Assembly (NCBI GenBank): GCA_963784645.1
Contig: CAWARY010000003.1
Span: 62,561 to 126,560 of the forward strand
Source: an uncultured Actinomycetota bacterium
GTDB lineage: Bacteria; Actinomycetota; Actinomycetes; JACCUZ01
Direction: 5' to 3'
DNA length: 64,000 nucleotides
In this document: piece by piece, positions 55,497 to 64,000 of the stretch
Layout of the letters: every line of letters begins with the position of its first letter
How positions within the stretch are numbered: the first letter of the stretch is position 1
Notes under the pieces: model-generated
What the model saw: only the letters and a program-made list of their open reading frames with translations
Database searches by the model: none
What the model was told of the DNA's origin: nothing
Program-made: the position numbers and the translations under genes

Positions 55497-55987
55497 TCAC
55501 GCTGCCCTCGTGCCGGTGGTCCGGTCGCTGCCGTCGGTGGTCGAGCCGGGCGGCCGGCTGCCGGGGAGCCCGCCGTCGTCGTCGTGGTCGTCGTGACCGA
55601 GGGGGCCGCCGGCAGCTGCCCACCCGGCAGCTGCCCACCCGGCAGCTGCCCGCCCGGGACCTGCTGGTTCGGCCGGCCGAAGCCGGGGGCCACGCCGCCC
55701 GGTGCCCCGGGGACGGTCCCGGTCCCGGTCGCGCCGTCGCGGGCGGCGAGGGCGACGCCCCCGGAGGCGAGCACGCCCACCGCGACGACGGCGGCCGCGA
55801 CGGTGTGCCCGGTGCTCCAGCGCCGGGGCCGGCCGGCCTCCTCGACCGTCGGCGGCGGCGTCCCGACCGGGCCGTGGCCCTGAGCATCGGTGCGGGCGGC
55901 GCCGGCGGCAGCGGCCGTGTCGGGCACGAAGACGAACGGCGGCAGCTCGGCCGTCGGCTGCGACGCCGTGTCGTGGGTCGTGGTCAC
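55497..55987 (-). CDS. Gly/Pro-rich single-pass membrane hypothetical protein (probable frameshift ~55610)
   Basis: VTTTHDTASQPTAELPP...TM helix...(GGQLP)3; restoring one G gives ...GGPLGHDDHDDDGG...TRAA and a stop at 55497, just before the GT2 start. Confidence 0.6.
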
Positions 55988-56090
55988 AGTGGCTCCCGGA
56001 GGTAGGTGCTCGCCCGACATCCGGTCGCACCTGGTGGTGTGTCGGACAGGTCTGGCGGCTGGCAGGTCTGCGATGACTCTCGGACCCGTG

Positions 56091-56204
56091 GCTGTACGCC
56101 TGCTGTGACCTGACTGCGCGTCAGCCACCGGTCGGCCCGCACCGCCGGTCGCGGGTCGCGGTACTCCCACGGGCCGTGCAGTCACCGGGCAGCGACCTCA
56201 CAGC
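56091..56204. promoter_or_regulatory. Mirror-image triple direct repeats (11-bp period), OmpR/PhoB-type boxes for divergent promoters
   Basis: + strand GCAGT-N6-GCAGC-N6-ACAGC (56178-56204); - strand GCAGT-N6-ACAGC-N6-ACAGC (56117-56091). Confidence 0.6.
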
Positions 56205-56260
56205 GTCGGGCCTGACAGTCCTTCCTGACACGTCCGACGCGAACCCACGGAGACTCCGCC

Positions 56261-58336
56261 ATGACGACCCTCGTCGAACCGCCGACCGCGGCACCACGCC
56301 AGCCGCCGGCCACGCCCCGAGCCGACCGGCCCTCTGTCGGCCGGCGGCTGGTGCGCGGCCCCGAGACCGATCCGACGTGGGCGCGGCCGGCCCTGCTCGG
56401 GCTGCTCGCCGCGACCGCCGTCCTCTACCTCTGGGGCCTCGGCGCCTCCGGCTGGGGCAACTCGTTCTACTCGGCCGCAGCGCAGGCCGGCTCGGTGAGC
56501 TGGAAGGCGTTCTTCTACGGCTCCTCCGACGCGGCGAGCTCGATCACGGTCGACAAGACCCCGGCGTCGCTGTGGGTGATGGCCCTGTCGGTGCGGATGT
56601 TCGGCCTCAACGCGTGGAGCATCCTCGTGCCGCAGGCCCTGATGGGGGTCGCGACGGTCGGGCTGGTGCACGCGACGGTGCGACGCTGGCACGGACACCC
56701 GGCGGCACTGATCGCCGCAGCCGTCACCGCCCTGACTCCGGTCGCGGTACTCATGTTCCGCTTCAACAACCCCGACGCCCTGCTGGTACTCGCCATGGTC
56801 GGAGCGGCGTACGCCACGGTGCGCGCGACCGAGACCGCCAGCACGCGGTGGCTGGCGCTCGCGGGGGCCCTCGTCGGCCTCGGATTCCTGTCGAAGATGC
56901 TGCAGGCCCTGCTGGTGGTCCCGGCGCTCGCCCTGGTCTACCTGGTCGCCGCGCCCAGCCCGCTGCGCACGCGGGTCCGGTCGGTTCTCGTCGCCGGTCT
57001 GGCGCTGGTCGCGGCCGCGGGGTGGTGGATCGCCGTCGTCGAGCTGGTGCCGGCGTCGATGCGTCCCTACATCGGCGGGTCGCAGTCCAACAGCATTCTC
57101 GAGCTGCTGCTCGGCTACAACGGGCTCGGCCGGCTCACCGGCGACGAGACCGGGAGCGTCACGGGCGGCGCTGCGGGCACGGGCGGCACCAGTATGTGGG
57201 GCCAGACCGGCTGGACCCGGATGTTCGACGCCGAGATCGGCGGCCAGGTGTCGTGGCTGCTACCGGCCGCTCTGCTGCTGCTGGTCGCCGGCCTGGTCGT
57301 CGCCGCGCGCAGCCCCCGTACCGACCGGCTGCGCGCCTCGCTGCTGCTCTGGGGCGGCTGGCTGGTCGTCACCACCCTGGTCTTCAGCTTCATGCAGGGC
57401 ATCTTCCACGCCTACTACACCGTCGCCCTCGCACCGGCGATCGGTGCCGTGGTGGGTATCGGCGCGACCGTCCTCTGGCGACGCCGTGAGCACCCGGTCG
57501 CCGGCGCCGCGCTCGCCCTGACGGTCGCCGTCACCGCCGCCTGGGCGTACGTCCTGCTGCGCCGCAGCAGCGACTTCGTCCCGTGGCTCGCCCCGACGGT
57601 GCTCGTCGTCGGGCTGCTCACCGCGCTCGCACTGGCCGCGGTGACGCTGCTGCCGGCGCGGGTGGTGGCCTCGGTCGCCGGGCTCGCCCTCGTCGTCTCG
57701 CTGGCCGGCCCGGCGGCGTACGCCGTGCAGACCGCGAGCCAGCCGCACACCGGCTCGATCCCCACGGCCGGACCCGCGGTGGCCGGCGCCCGGGCCGGCG
57801 GGCAGGGAGGCGCGCGCGGCGGCTTCGGCGGCACCCCGCCGACCACGGGGCTGCCCAACGGCACCGGCACCGGGACGGCACCGCAGGGCCAGCAGGGCGG
57901 CGGCGGCACCGGCGGTCCGGGTGGGACCGGTGGCGCGGGCGGCCTGCTCGGCGGCTCGACCGCGAGCGCCGAGATGGTCGCGCTGCTGGAGGCCGACTCG
58001 TCCTCCTACACCTGGGTCGCGGCCGCGGTGGGTTCCCACAACGCGTCCGGCTACCAGCTGGCGACGGGGCTGCCCGTCATGGCCATCGGCGGGTTCAACG
58101 GCAGCGACCCGTCACCGACGCTGGCGGAGTTCCAGGCCGCCGTCGCCGGCGGGAAGATCCACTACTTCATCGGCGGCGGCAGCATCGGCGGCCAGAACGG
58201 CGGGTCGTCGGCGTCGACGGAGATCGCGTCCTGGGTGACGGCCACGTTCACTGCCCAGACCGTGAGCGGCACCACCGTCTACGACCTGAGCGGCGCGACC
58301 TCGGCGGCGTCCACCGGCGCGGCGTCGACCACCTGA
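56261..58336 (+). CDS. Glycosyltransferase family 39/ArnT-like integral membrane glycosyltransferase
   Basis: NSFYSAAAQAG, ITVDKTP, RFNNPD, KMLQA, GYNGLGRL, FHAYY, GGFNGSDP. Confidence 0.9.
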   Translation: MTTLVEPPTAAPRQPPATPRADRPSVGRRLVRGPETDPTWARPALLGLLAATAVLYLWGLGASGWGNSFYSAAAQAGSVSWKAFFYGSSDAASSITVDKTPASLWVMALSVRMFGLNAWSILVPQALMGVATVGLVHATVRRWHGHPAALIAAAVTALTPVAVLMFRFNNPDALLVLAMVGAAYATVRATETASTRWLALAGALVGLGFLSKMLQALLVVPALALVYLVAAPSPLRTRVRSVLVAGLALVAAAGWWIAVVELVPASMRPYIGGSQSNSILELLLGYNGLGRLTGDETGSVTGGAAGTGGTSMWGQTGWTRMFDAEIGGQVSWLLPAALLLLVAGLVVAARSPRTDRLRASLLLWGGWLVVTTLVFSFMQGIFHAYYTVALAPAIGAVVGIGATVLWRRREHPVAGAALALTVAVTAAWAYVLLRRSSDFVPWLAPTVLVVGLLTALALAAVTLLPARVVASVAGLALVVSLAGPAAYAVQTASQPHTGSIPTAGPAVAGARAGGQGGARGGFGGTPPTTGLPNGTGTGTAPQGQQGGGGTGGPGGTGGAGGLLGGSTASAEMVALLEADSSSYTWVAAAVGSHNASGYQLATGLPVMAIGGFNGSDPSPTLAEFQAAVAGGKIHYFIGGGSIGGQNGGSSASTEIASWVTATFTAQTVSGTTVYDLSGATSAASTGAASTT

Positions 58337-58346
58337 CCCGGACCGA

Positions 58347-58385
58347 CGAGGGGCCGGCGCCGCTGGACGCGGTGCCGGCCCCTCG
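58347..58385. terminator. Bidirectional terminator hairpin between GT39 and lsr2
   Basis: CGAGGGGCCGGCGCCGC-N5-GCGGTGCCGGCCCCTCG. Confidence 0.75.
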
Positions 58386-58409
58386 GGCGTGCCGGGCCCG
58401 GTCGCCGGG

Positions 58410-58739
58410 TCAGTGCGCCTTGTCGTAGGCCTCGACGACGGTGCCCGGGATGCGGCCCCGCTCGTTGACCGCGTGGCCGTTGGCGCGGGCCCACTCGCGG
58501 ATCTGGGCGGTCTTGTTGTCACCGCTCTTGCGCCGCGAGGTGCCGCGACCGGCGGCGGAGCGGCCACCGACCCGGCGGGCCAGACCGGCGTACTGCGCGA
58601 GCGAGTCGCGGAATGCGGCGGCGTTCTTGGTGCTCAGATCGATCTCGTAGGACACCCCGTCCAGCGAGAAGGACACGGTCTCGTCGGCAGGGCCGCCGTC
58701 CATGTCGTCGACCAGGATGACCTGCACTTTCTGTGCCAT
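58410..58739 (-). CDS. lsr2: Nucleoid-associated protein Lsr2
   Basis: MAQKVQVILVDD, YEIDLS, IREWARANG, RGRIP AT-hook. Confidence 0.97.
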   Translation of the reverse strand: MAQKVQVILVDDMDGGPADETVSFSLDGVSYEIDLSTKNAAAFRDSLAQYAGLARRVGGRSAAGRGTSRRKSGDNKTAQIREWARANGHAVNERGRIPGTVVEAYDKAH

Positions 58740-58876
58740 GGGTGCATTTCTCCAAAGGGCCTCGGGAGTGAAAGTCGATATCGCTCCCGAGAATAGCCCG
58801 GACGGCCTGTCACCAGGAAATGCAACCCGGTAGTCGCGCATTACCTGGGGCATTTCCGCGAATTGCACTAGTGCAT

Positions 58877-58996
58877 TCAGCGGGGATTGCGGTCCTCGCG
58901 CTCCTCACGCTCGGCGAACCGCTTCACCCCGAGCGCGATCGCGACGAAGGCGACGCAGACGACGACCGGCGGCAGCAGCGCCGCGAGCACCGACAT
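58877..58996 (-). CDS. 39-aa small membrane protein (not in the ORF track)
   Basis: ATG 1 nt after the lysS stop; MSVLAALLPPVVVCVAFVAIALGVKRFAEREEREDRNPR*, GC-rich third codon positions. Confidence 0.7.
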   Translation of the reverse strand: MSVLAALLPPVVVCVAFVAIALGVKRFAEREEREDRNPR

Positions 58997-58997
58997 G

Positions 58998-60584
58998 TCA
59001 GATCCCTTCGGGCTTGAGCAGCGGGAACGCGATGGTGTCGCGCAGCGACGGGACTCCGGTGAGCAGCCGGATCAGCCGGTCGATGCCCAGGCCCATCCCG
59101 CCCTGCGGCGGCATGCCGAACTCCATCGCCCGGAGGAAGTCCTCGTCGAGGTGCATCGCCTCGGGGTCGCCGCCGGCGGCCTTGAGCGACTGCTCGACGA
59201 GCCGCCGCCGCTGCTCGACCGGGTCGTTGAGCTCGGAGTACGCCGGCGCCAGCTCGACCCCGCCGATGATGAGGTCCCACGCCTCGACCAGCCCCGGCTT
59301 CGACCGGTGCGGCTTGGCCAGCGGCTTGACCGCTGCCGGGTAGTCGGTGACGAACGTCGGCTGCAGCAGGTGGTCCTCGACCAGCTGCTCGTAGAGCTCG
59401 ACGAGCACCTCAGCGGCGTCCCAGGCCGGCTGGAGGGCGACGTCGTGCGAGTCGGCCAGCTTGCGGAGCACCTCGACGGGGGTCTCGACGTCGACCTCCT
59501 GGCCGACCGCGTCGGACACCGCCTCGAGGATCGGCAGGTGCCGCCACTCCCCCTCGAGGTCGATCTCGCCACCGCGGCCGTCGGGCACCACCGTCGAGCC
59601 GAGGGCCCGCGCCGCGTCGACGACGATCTCCTTCGTGAGCTCGGCCATCGTGCCGTAGTCGCCGTAGGCCTCGTAGACCTCGAGCATCGTGAACTCGGGA
59701 CTGTGGGTGGAGTCGACGCCCTCGTTGCGGAAGTTGCGGCCGATCTCGTAGACCCGGTCGAGGCCGCCCACGACCAGCCGCTTGAGGTAGAGCTCGATGG
59801 CGATGCGCAGGTACATCGGCTGGTCGAACGCGTTGAGGTGGGTGCGGAACGGCCGGGCCGCGGCTCCCCCGTGCAGCGGTTGCAGCAACGGGGTCTCGAC
59901 CTCGAGGAAGTCGCGGCGGTGAAGGGTGTCGCGCACCGAGCGCAGGACGGTGGCGCGGTTGCGCACCATCTGCCGGGAGTGGGCGTTGACGGCGAGGTCG
60001 ACGTAGCGCAGCCGGACCCGGGCCTCCGGGTCGGTGAGCCCCTTGTGCTTGTCGGGCAGCGGGCGCAGGGCCTTGGCGAGCATCGTCCAGCTCTCGGCCT
60101 GCACGGAGAGCTCGCCGCGCCGCGAGCTGATCACCTCGCCCTCGACCCCGACGTAATCGCCCAGGTCGACGTCGGACTTCCACGCAGCGAGCGCGGCGTC
60201 GCCGACCCCGTCGAGCGACACCATCACCTGGAGCTCGCCGGTGCCGTCACGCAGTGTCGCGAAGCACAGCTTGCCGCCGGTGCGCGAGAGCACGACCCGG
60301 CCGGCGACGCCGACGCCGACGCCGGAGTGCTGGTCCGGCTCGAGGTCCGGGTGGGCGGCGCGGAGGTCGGCGAGCGTCGTGGTCCGCGGGAACGACACCG
60401 GGTAGGGATCGACGCCGCGCTCGCGCATCCGGTCGAGCTTCTCCCGCCGGACCCGCATCTGCTCGGGCTGGTCGGCGAGGACCTGCTCGTCCGCCGCGTC
60501 GCTCGTGGCCCGCTCGTCCGTCGGGTCGCTCGTGGCCGGCCCGTCCGTCGGGTCGCTCGGGTCGCTCGGGCTGGGCTCGCTCAC
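58998..60584 (-). CDS. lysS: Lysine--tRNA ligase (class II)
   Basis: LRPLPDK, GGAAARPF, LRIAIEL, FRNEG, YSELNDP, GMGLGIDR. Confidence 0.97.
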   Translation of the reverse strand: MSEPSPSDPSDPTDGPATSDPTDERATSDAADEQVLADQPEQMRVRREKLDRMRERGVDPYPVSFPRTTTLADLRAAHPDLEPDQHSGVGVGVAGRVVLSRTGGKLCFATLRDGTGELQVMVSLDGVGDAALAAWKSDVDLGDYVGVEGEVISSRRGELSVQAESWTMLAKALRPLPDKHKGLTDPEARVRLRYVDLAVNAHSRQMVRNRATVLRSVRDTLHRRDFLEVETPLLQPLHGGAAARPFRTHLNAFDQPMYLRIAIELYLKRLVVGGLDRVYEIGRNFRNEGVDSTHSPEFTMLEVYEAYGDYGTMAELTKEIVVDAARALGSTVVPDGRGGEIDLEGEWRHLPILEAVSDAVGQEVDVETPVEVLRKLADSHDVALQPAWDAAEVLVELYEQLVEDHLLQPTFVTDYPAAVKPLAKPHRSKPGLVEAWDLIIGGVELAPAYSELNDPVEQRRRLVEQSLKAAGGDPEAMHLDEDFLRAMEFGMPPQGGMGLGIDRLIRLLTGVPSLRDTIAFPLLKPEGI

Positions 60585-60623
60585 ACGCCCCAGGCTACCG
60601 AGCCACCGACGACCATCCTCGCC

Positions 60624-60718
60624 TCCCCGAAATGATCACGGGACCGTGGTCATTTCGACCCGACAGCGGCTTGCACACCACTGTCGACCCGGGGTGATCA
60701 CGGTCCCGTGATCAACTC
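60624..60718 (-). repeat. 95-bp dispersed REP-doublet/MITE-like element, copy B
   Basis: Reverse complement matches 21490-21584 at 83/95 positions. Confidence 0.88.
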
Positions 60719-60721
60719 GGG

Positions 60722-61519
60722 TCAGGGCTGGTTGCGCTCGAAGACGAGGCGCAGGCCGATCAGGGTCAGCCAGGGCTCGTGCACGTCGAGGACGGCCGCG
60801 TCCTCGAGCACGAGCGGCGCCAGCCCGCCGGTGGCGATCACGGTGACCTCGCCGGGGTCGCCGTCCTCGCCGACGATCGCGGTGGCCATCCGTCCGACCA
60901 CACCGTCGACCTGGCCGACGAAGCCGTAGAGGATGCCCGACTGCAGCGCCTCGACGGTCGACCGGCCGATGACCGAGCGCGGCCGGCTCAGCTCGACCCG
61001 GCGCAGCTGCGCACCGCGGCTGCCGAGGGCCTCGACCGAGATCTCGATGCCCGGCGCGATCGCCCCGCCGAGGTACTCGCCCTTGGCCGACACCGCGTCG
61101 AACGTCGTGGCCGTGCCGAAGTCGACGACGATCGCCGGCCCGCCGTACAGCTCGACGGCCGCCAGTGCGTTGACGATGCGGTCGGTGCCGACCTCCTTGG
61201 GGTTGTCGGTGAGCACCGGCACACCGGTCCGCACGCCGGGCTCGACGACGACGGAGGGCACGTCGCCGTAGTACCGCCGCAGCATGTCGCGCATCTCGTG
61301 CAGCACCGAGGGAACCGTCGAGCAGAGGGCGACGCCGTCGACCACCTCGTCGGGACCGAGCGGCCCCGGGTGCTGGGCGAGCAGGCCGCGCAGGACCACC
61401 GCGATCTCGTCGGCCGTCCGGTGCGCCTCGGTGGCTATCCGCCAGTGCTCGACGAGGTCCTCGCCGTCGAAGAGGCCGAGCACCGTATGGGTGTTGCCCA
61501 CGTCGATGGCGAGCAGCAT
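60722..61519 (-). CDS. coaX: Type III pantothenate kinase
   Basis: IDVGNT, EVGTDR, VDFGTAT, ATGG, LTLIGL. Confidence 0.95.
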   Translation of the reverse strand: MLLAIDVGNTHTVLGLFDGEDLVEHWRIATEAHRTADEIAVVLRGLLAQHPGPLGPDEVVDGVALCSTVPSVLHEMRDMLRRYYGDVPSVVVEPGVRTGVPVLTDNPKEVGTDRIVNALAAVELYGGPAIVVDFGTATTFDAVSAKGEYLGGAIAPGIEISVEALGSRGAQLRRVELSRPRSVIGRSTVEALQSGILYGFVGQVDGVVGRMATAIVGEDGDPGEVTVIATGGLAPLVLEDAAVLDVHEPWLTLIGLRLVFERNQP

Positions 61520-62376
61520 CAGCTGTCCCGCAGCGTGACCGGCACGTTGTCGATGAGCCGGGTCGTACCGACGCGCGCCGCGACCGCGAGCAGGGCGCCA
61601 CCCTGCGCCTTGTCGTCGACCTCCGCCAGCGTCATGGGGTCGACCAGCGCGAGGTAGTCGAGGGCTATCGACGGCTCTGCGTCGAGCACGGCGTGCGCGG
61701 CGCGACGTACGGCGTCCGCACCGGCTGCCTCATCGGCGACGCCGGCGAACAATGCGCGGGACAACGACAGCGCCGCGAGCCGGTCGCTGTCGGTCAGGTA
61801 GGTGTTGCGTGACGACAACGCCAGCCCGTCGGGGTCGCGAACCGTCGGGACCGCGTCCACCTCCACCGGGAAGTTGAGGTCCTGCACCATCCGCGCGATG
61901 AGCAGCAGCTGCTGCGCGTCCTTCTGCCCGAAGTAGGCGACGTCCGGCTGGGTGAGGTTGAGAAGCTTGGCGACGACGGTGAGCACGCCGTCGAAGTGCC
62001 CGGGCCGCGAGGCTCCCTCGAGGACGTCGCCGAGCGGGCCCGCGTGCACCTGAACCTGGGGCCGGCCCGCCGGGTACACCTCGTCGGCGGACGGCGCGAA
62101 GACGATGTCGACCCCCTCGGCCTCGCAGAGGGCGACGTCGGACTCCAGGGTCTTCGGGTAGCGGGACAGGTCCTCGGTGGGTGCGAACTGCAGCGGGTTG
62201 AGGAACACCGTCACGACCACGACGACGCAGCGGGCCCGGGCCACGTGCACGAGCTCGCGGTGCCCGTCGTGCAGGGCGCCCATCGTCATGACCACGCCGA
62301 CGTCGCCGTCGGGTCCGCCGAGGTCGTCGATGGCGGCGCGCAGGTCGGTGCGGGTGTGCACGAGCTGGGTGCTCAC
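61519..62376 (-). CDS. panC: Pantoate--beta-alanine ligase
   Basis: [37 protein letters not shown]. Confidence 0.96.
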   Translation of the reverse strand: MSTQLVHTRTDLRAAIDDLGGPDGDVGVVMTMGALHDGHRELVHVARARCVVVVVTVFLNPLQFAPTEDLSRYPKTLESDVALCEAEGVDIVFAPSADEVYPAGRPQVQVHAGPLGDVLEGASRPGHFDGVLTVVAKLLNLTQPDVAYFGQKDAQQLLLIARMVQDLNFPVEVDAVPTVRDPDGLALSSRNTYLTDSDRLAALSLSRALFAGVADEAAGADAVRRAAHAVLDAEPSIALDYLALVDPMTLAEVDDKAQGGALLAVAARVGTTRLIDNVPVTLRDS

Positions 62377-63275
62377 GAGATGCCTCCGGCGAGTGCGTCG
62401 AGCAGCGCCTCGGCCGCTTCGGGCTTGAGGAGGCCGGCCGCGAGGGCGCGGTCGGCGGTGAGCCGGGCCATGGCGACGTACGCCGCCGCGGTGTCCGGCG
62501 AGACCTCGCGCAGGACGGCGACGTGGGCGGCGACCGTGCCGGCGTCGCCGCGGGCCACGGGTCCTGTCAGTGCCGAGTCACCGGACCGCAGGGCGTTGTC
62601 GAGGGAGGCGCCGAGCAGTGGCGCCAGGAGCCGTTCCGGCTCGGCGACGCCGCAGCGGCGCAGCAGGTCCACCGACTCGTTGACGAGGGTGGCGAGGTGG
62701 TTCGCACCGCCGGCGAGGGCCGCGTGGTAGAGCGGCCGGGCGTCCTCCTCGACCCATTGCGGGTCGCCGCCCATCTCCACGACCAGCACCTCGGCGATCG
62801 GCCGCAGGGGGTCGGGGGCGGTCACCCCGAAGCAGGCGCCGGCCAGCCGGTCGAGGTCCTCCGCGCGGCCCGTGAACGTCATCGCAGGATGCAGCGCCAG
62901 GGGCAGGGCACCGAGCCGGGTCACCGGGTCGAGCACGGCCGTGCCGTAGCGGCCGCTCGTGTGCACGACGAGCTGTCCCGCCCGCACCTCGCCGGCCGCG
63001 GCCAGCCCCTCGACGAGCACGGGGAGCACGTCGTCGGGGACGGTCAGCAGGGCGAGCTCCGCGGCAGCGAGCACCTCCGTGGGCGGCAGCACCGGTACGC
63101 CGGGCAGCAGCGCCTCCGCCCGCCGGCGGGACGCGTCGGAGACGCCCGACACCGCGACGACGCGGTGGCCGGCCTGCACGAGCGCGGCGCCGAGCACCAC
63201 GCCGACGCGGCCCGCGCCGACGATCCCGACGGACAGCCGGGCTGGTCGGTCGTCGACCGAGGGGGTGGAGGTCAC
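62373..63275 (-). CDS. Rossmann-like/DUF2520 protein (putative ketopantoate reductase, PanG-type)
   Basis: [35 protein letters not shown]; directly upstream of panC. Confidence 0.88.
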   Translation of the reverse strand: MTSTPSVDDRPARLSVGIVGAGRVGVVLGAALVQAGHRVVAVSGVSDASRRRAEALLPGVPVLPPTEVLAAAELALLTVPDDVLPVLVEGLAAAGEVRAGQLVVHTSGRYGTAVLDPVTRLGALPLALHPAMTFTGRAEDLDRLAGACFGVTAPDPLRPIAEVLVVEMGGDPQWVEEDARPLYHAALAGGANHLATLVNESVDLLRRCGVAEPERLLAPLLGASLDNALRSGDSALTGPVARGDAGTVAAHVAVLREVSPDTAAAYVAMARLTADRALAAGLLKPEAAEALLDALAGGIS

Positions 63276-63350
63276 GGGTGTTCCAGTCCTTGGCGGGGGT
63301 ACCGGACAGCCGCCAGGGTACGGCGCCACCACGATCCCGAGGGAGAACAG

Positions 63351-64000
63351 GTGCTGCTCGCGGGGTTCTGGGGTCTGGTCGGCGGGCTCGCACTCGTGCT
63401 CGGCGCCGCGCTGGGCGTGGTCCGAACCGTCCCTGCGAGGGTCATCGGGCTGGTCATGGCGTTCGGCGCCGGCGTGCTCATCAGCGCTCTCGCCTTCGAG
63501 CTGACCGCGGAGGCGTTCCGCACCAGCGGAGGCCGGGAGGTGGCGCTCGGGCTGCTCGGTGGCGCGCTCACGTTCTACGTGGGCGACTTGGTGCTCGACC
63601 ACCGTGGCGGGCAGGGGCGGAAGCGGTCGGGTGGTCAGCAGGCCGGCGCCGCCGCGAGCGGCCTGGTGCTGGGGGCGCTTCTCGACGGCATCCCGGAGTC
63701 GGTCGCGATCGGCGTCTCGCTCGTGGGCGGGCACGGTGTGGGTGTCGCGGTGGTGGCCGCGGTCTTCCTGTCGAACGTGCCGGAGGGCATGTCCGCCGCC
63801 ACCGGGCTCGCGAAGGCCGGCCGGTCCCGGAGCTGGATCCTGCTGCTGTGGGTCGGCGTCGCCGTGCTGTCAGCCGTCGCCGCGGCCGTGGGCTTCGCGG
63901 CACTGGGAGGTGCCAGCGCGTCGGTGGTCGCCGTCATCCAGGCCTTCGCCGCGGGTGCGATCCTCACCATGCTCGCCGACACGATGATGCCGGAGGCGTT
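63351..64000 (+). CDS. ZIP-family metal transporter, 3'-truncated by window edge
   Basis: From GTG 63351: VLLAGFWGLVGG...MAFGAGVLISALAFEL...LLDGIPES...LSNVPEG...LADTMMPEA. Confidence 0.88.
   Translation, partial: MLLAGFWGLVGGLALVLGAALGVVRTVPARVIGLVMAFGAGVLISALAFELTAEAFRTSGGREVALGLLGGALTFYVGDLVLDHRGGQGRKRSGGQQAGAAASGLVLGALLDGIPESVAIGVSLVGGHGVGVAVVAAVFLSNVPEGMSAATGLAKAGRSRSWILLLWVGVAVLSAVAAAVGFAALGGASASVVAVIQAFAAGAILTMLADTMMPEA

Noticed and set aside
55611-55655. 15-bp tandem repeat, three copies
   Set aside because: Encodes a (GGQLP)3 low-complexity linker within a CDS
54263-56185. 640-aa fusion of a Gly/Pro-rich membrane domain to GT2-GtrA
   Set aside because: Adding one G near 55610 gives the upstream protein its own natural C-terminus and a stop at 55497, with GAGGG and GTG for GT2 at 55492; the fusion is probably an indel artefact
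60495-60580. Tandem repeats at the 5' end of lysS
   Set aside because: In-frame low-complexity N-terminal extension (SDPTD units), not a separate element
60722-62376. Absence of panD or nadBC between panC and coaX
   Set aside because: Gene content at this position varies among actinobacteria and the genes may lie elsewhere; loss cannot be inferred from one window

Overview
High-GC actinobacterial chromosomal segment with a recognisable housekeeping backbone: proC/proline dehydrogenase, ppx, radA-disA, mutY, clpC1, lsr2, lysS, coaX, panC, DUF2520 and a partial ZIP transporter. Accessory modules are interleaved. (i) A cheB-cheR(TPR)-cheW trio with no CheA, MCP or CheY sits between disA and mutY. 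(ii) A ~29 kb block between clpC1 and lsr2 holds an L-rhamnose catabolic cluster (with an extra ketose 3-epimerase, an LsrB-like ABC transporter, a LacI regulator and lutABC), a PTS-dependent dihydroxyacetone kinase locus with its own EI and HPr that is split by an inverted GylR-like regulator, and divergent GT2-GtrA/GT39 glycosyltransferases. Non-coding structure read from the sequence includes a 95-bp REP-doublet-like element present twice 39 kb apart, a 65-bp palindromic tandem repeat, candidate TetR, LacI, IclR and OmpR-type operators, and many leaderless TANNNT promoters. At least six apparent frameshifts, several at short G/C runs, suggest long-read consensus errors. No rRNA, tRNA, CRISPR array, transposase or integrase was recognised. 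All product calls come from motif recognition, not database searches.
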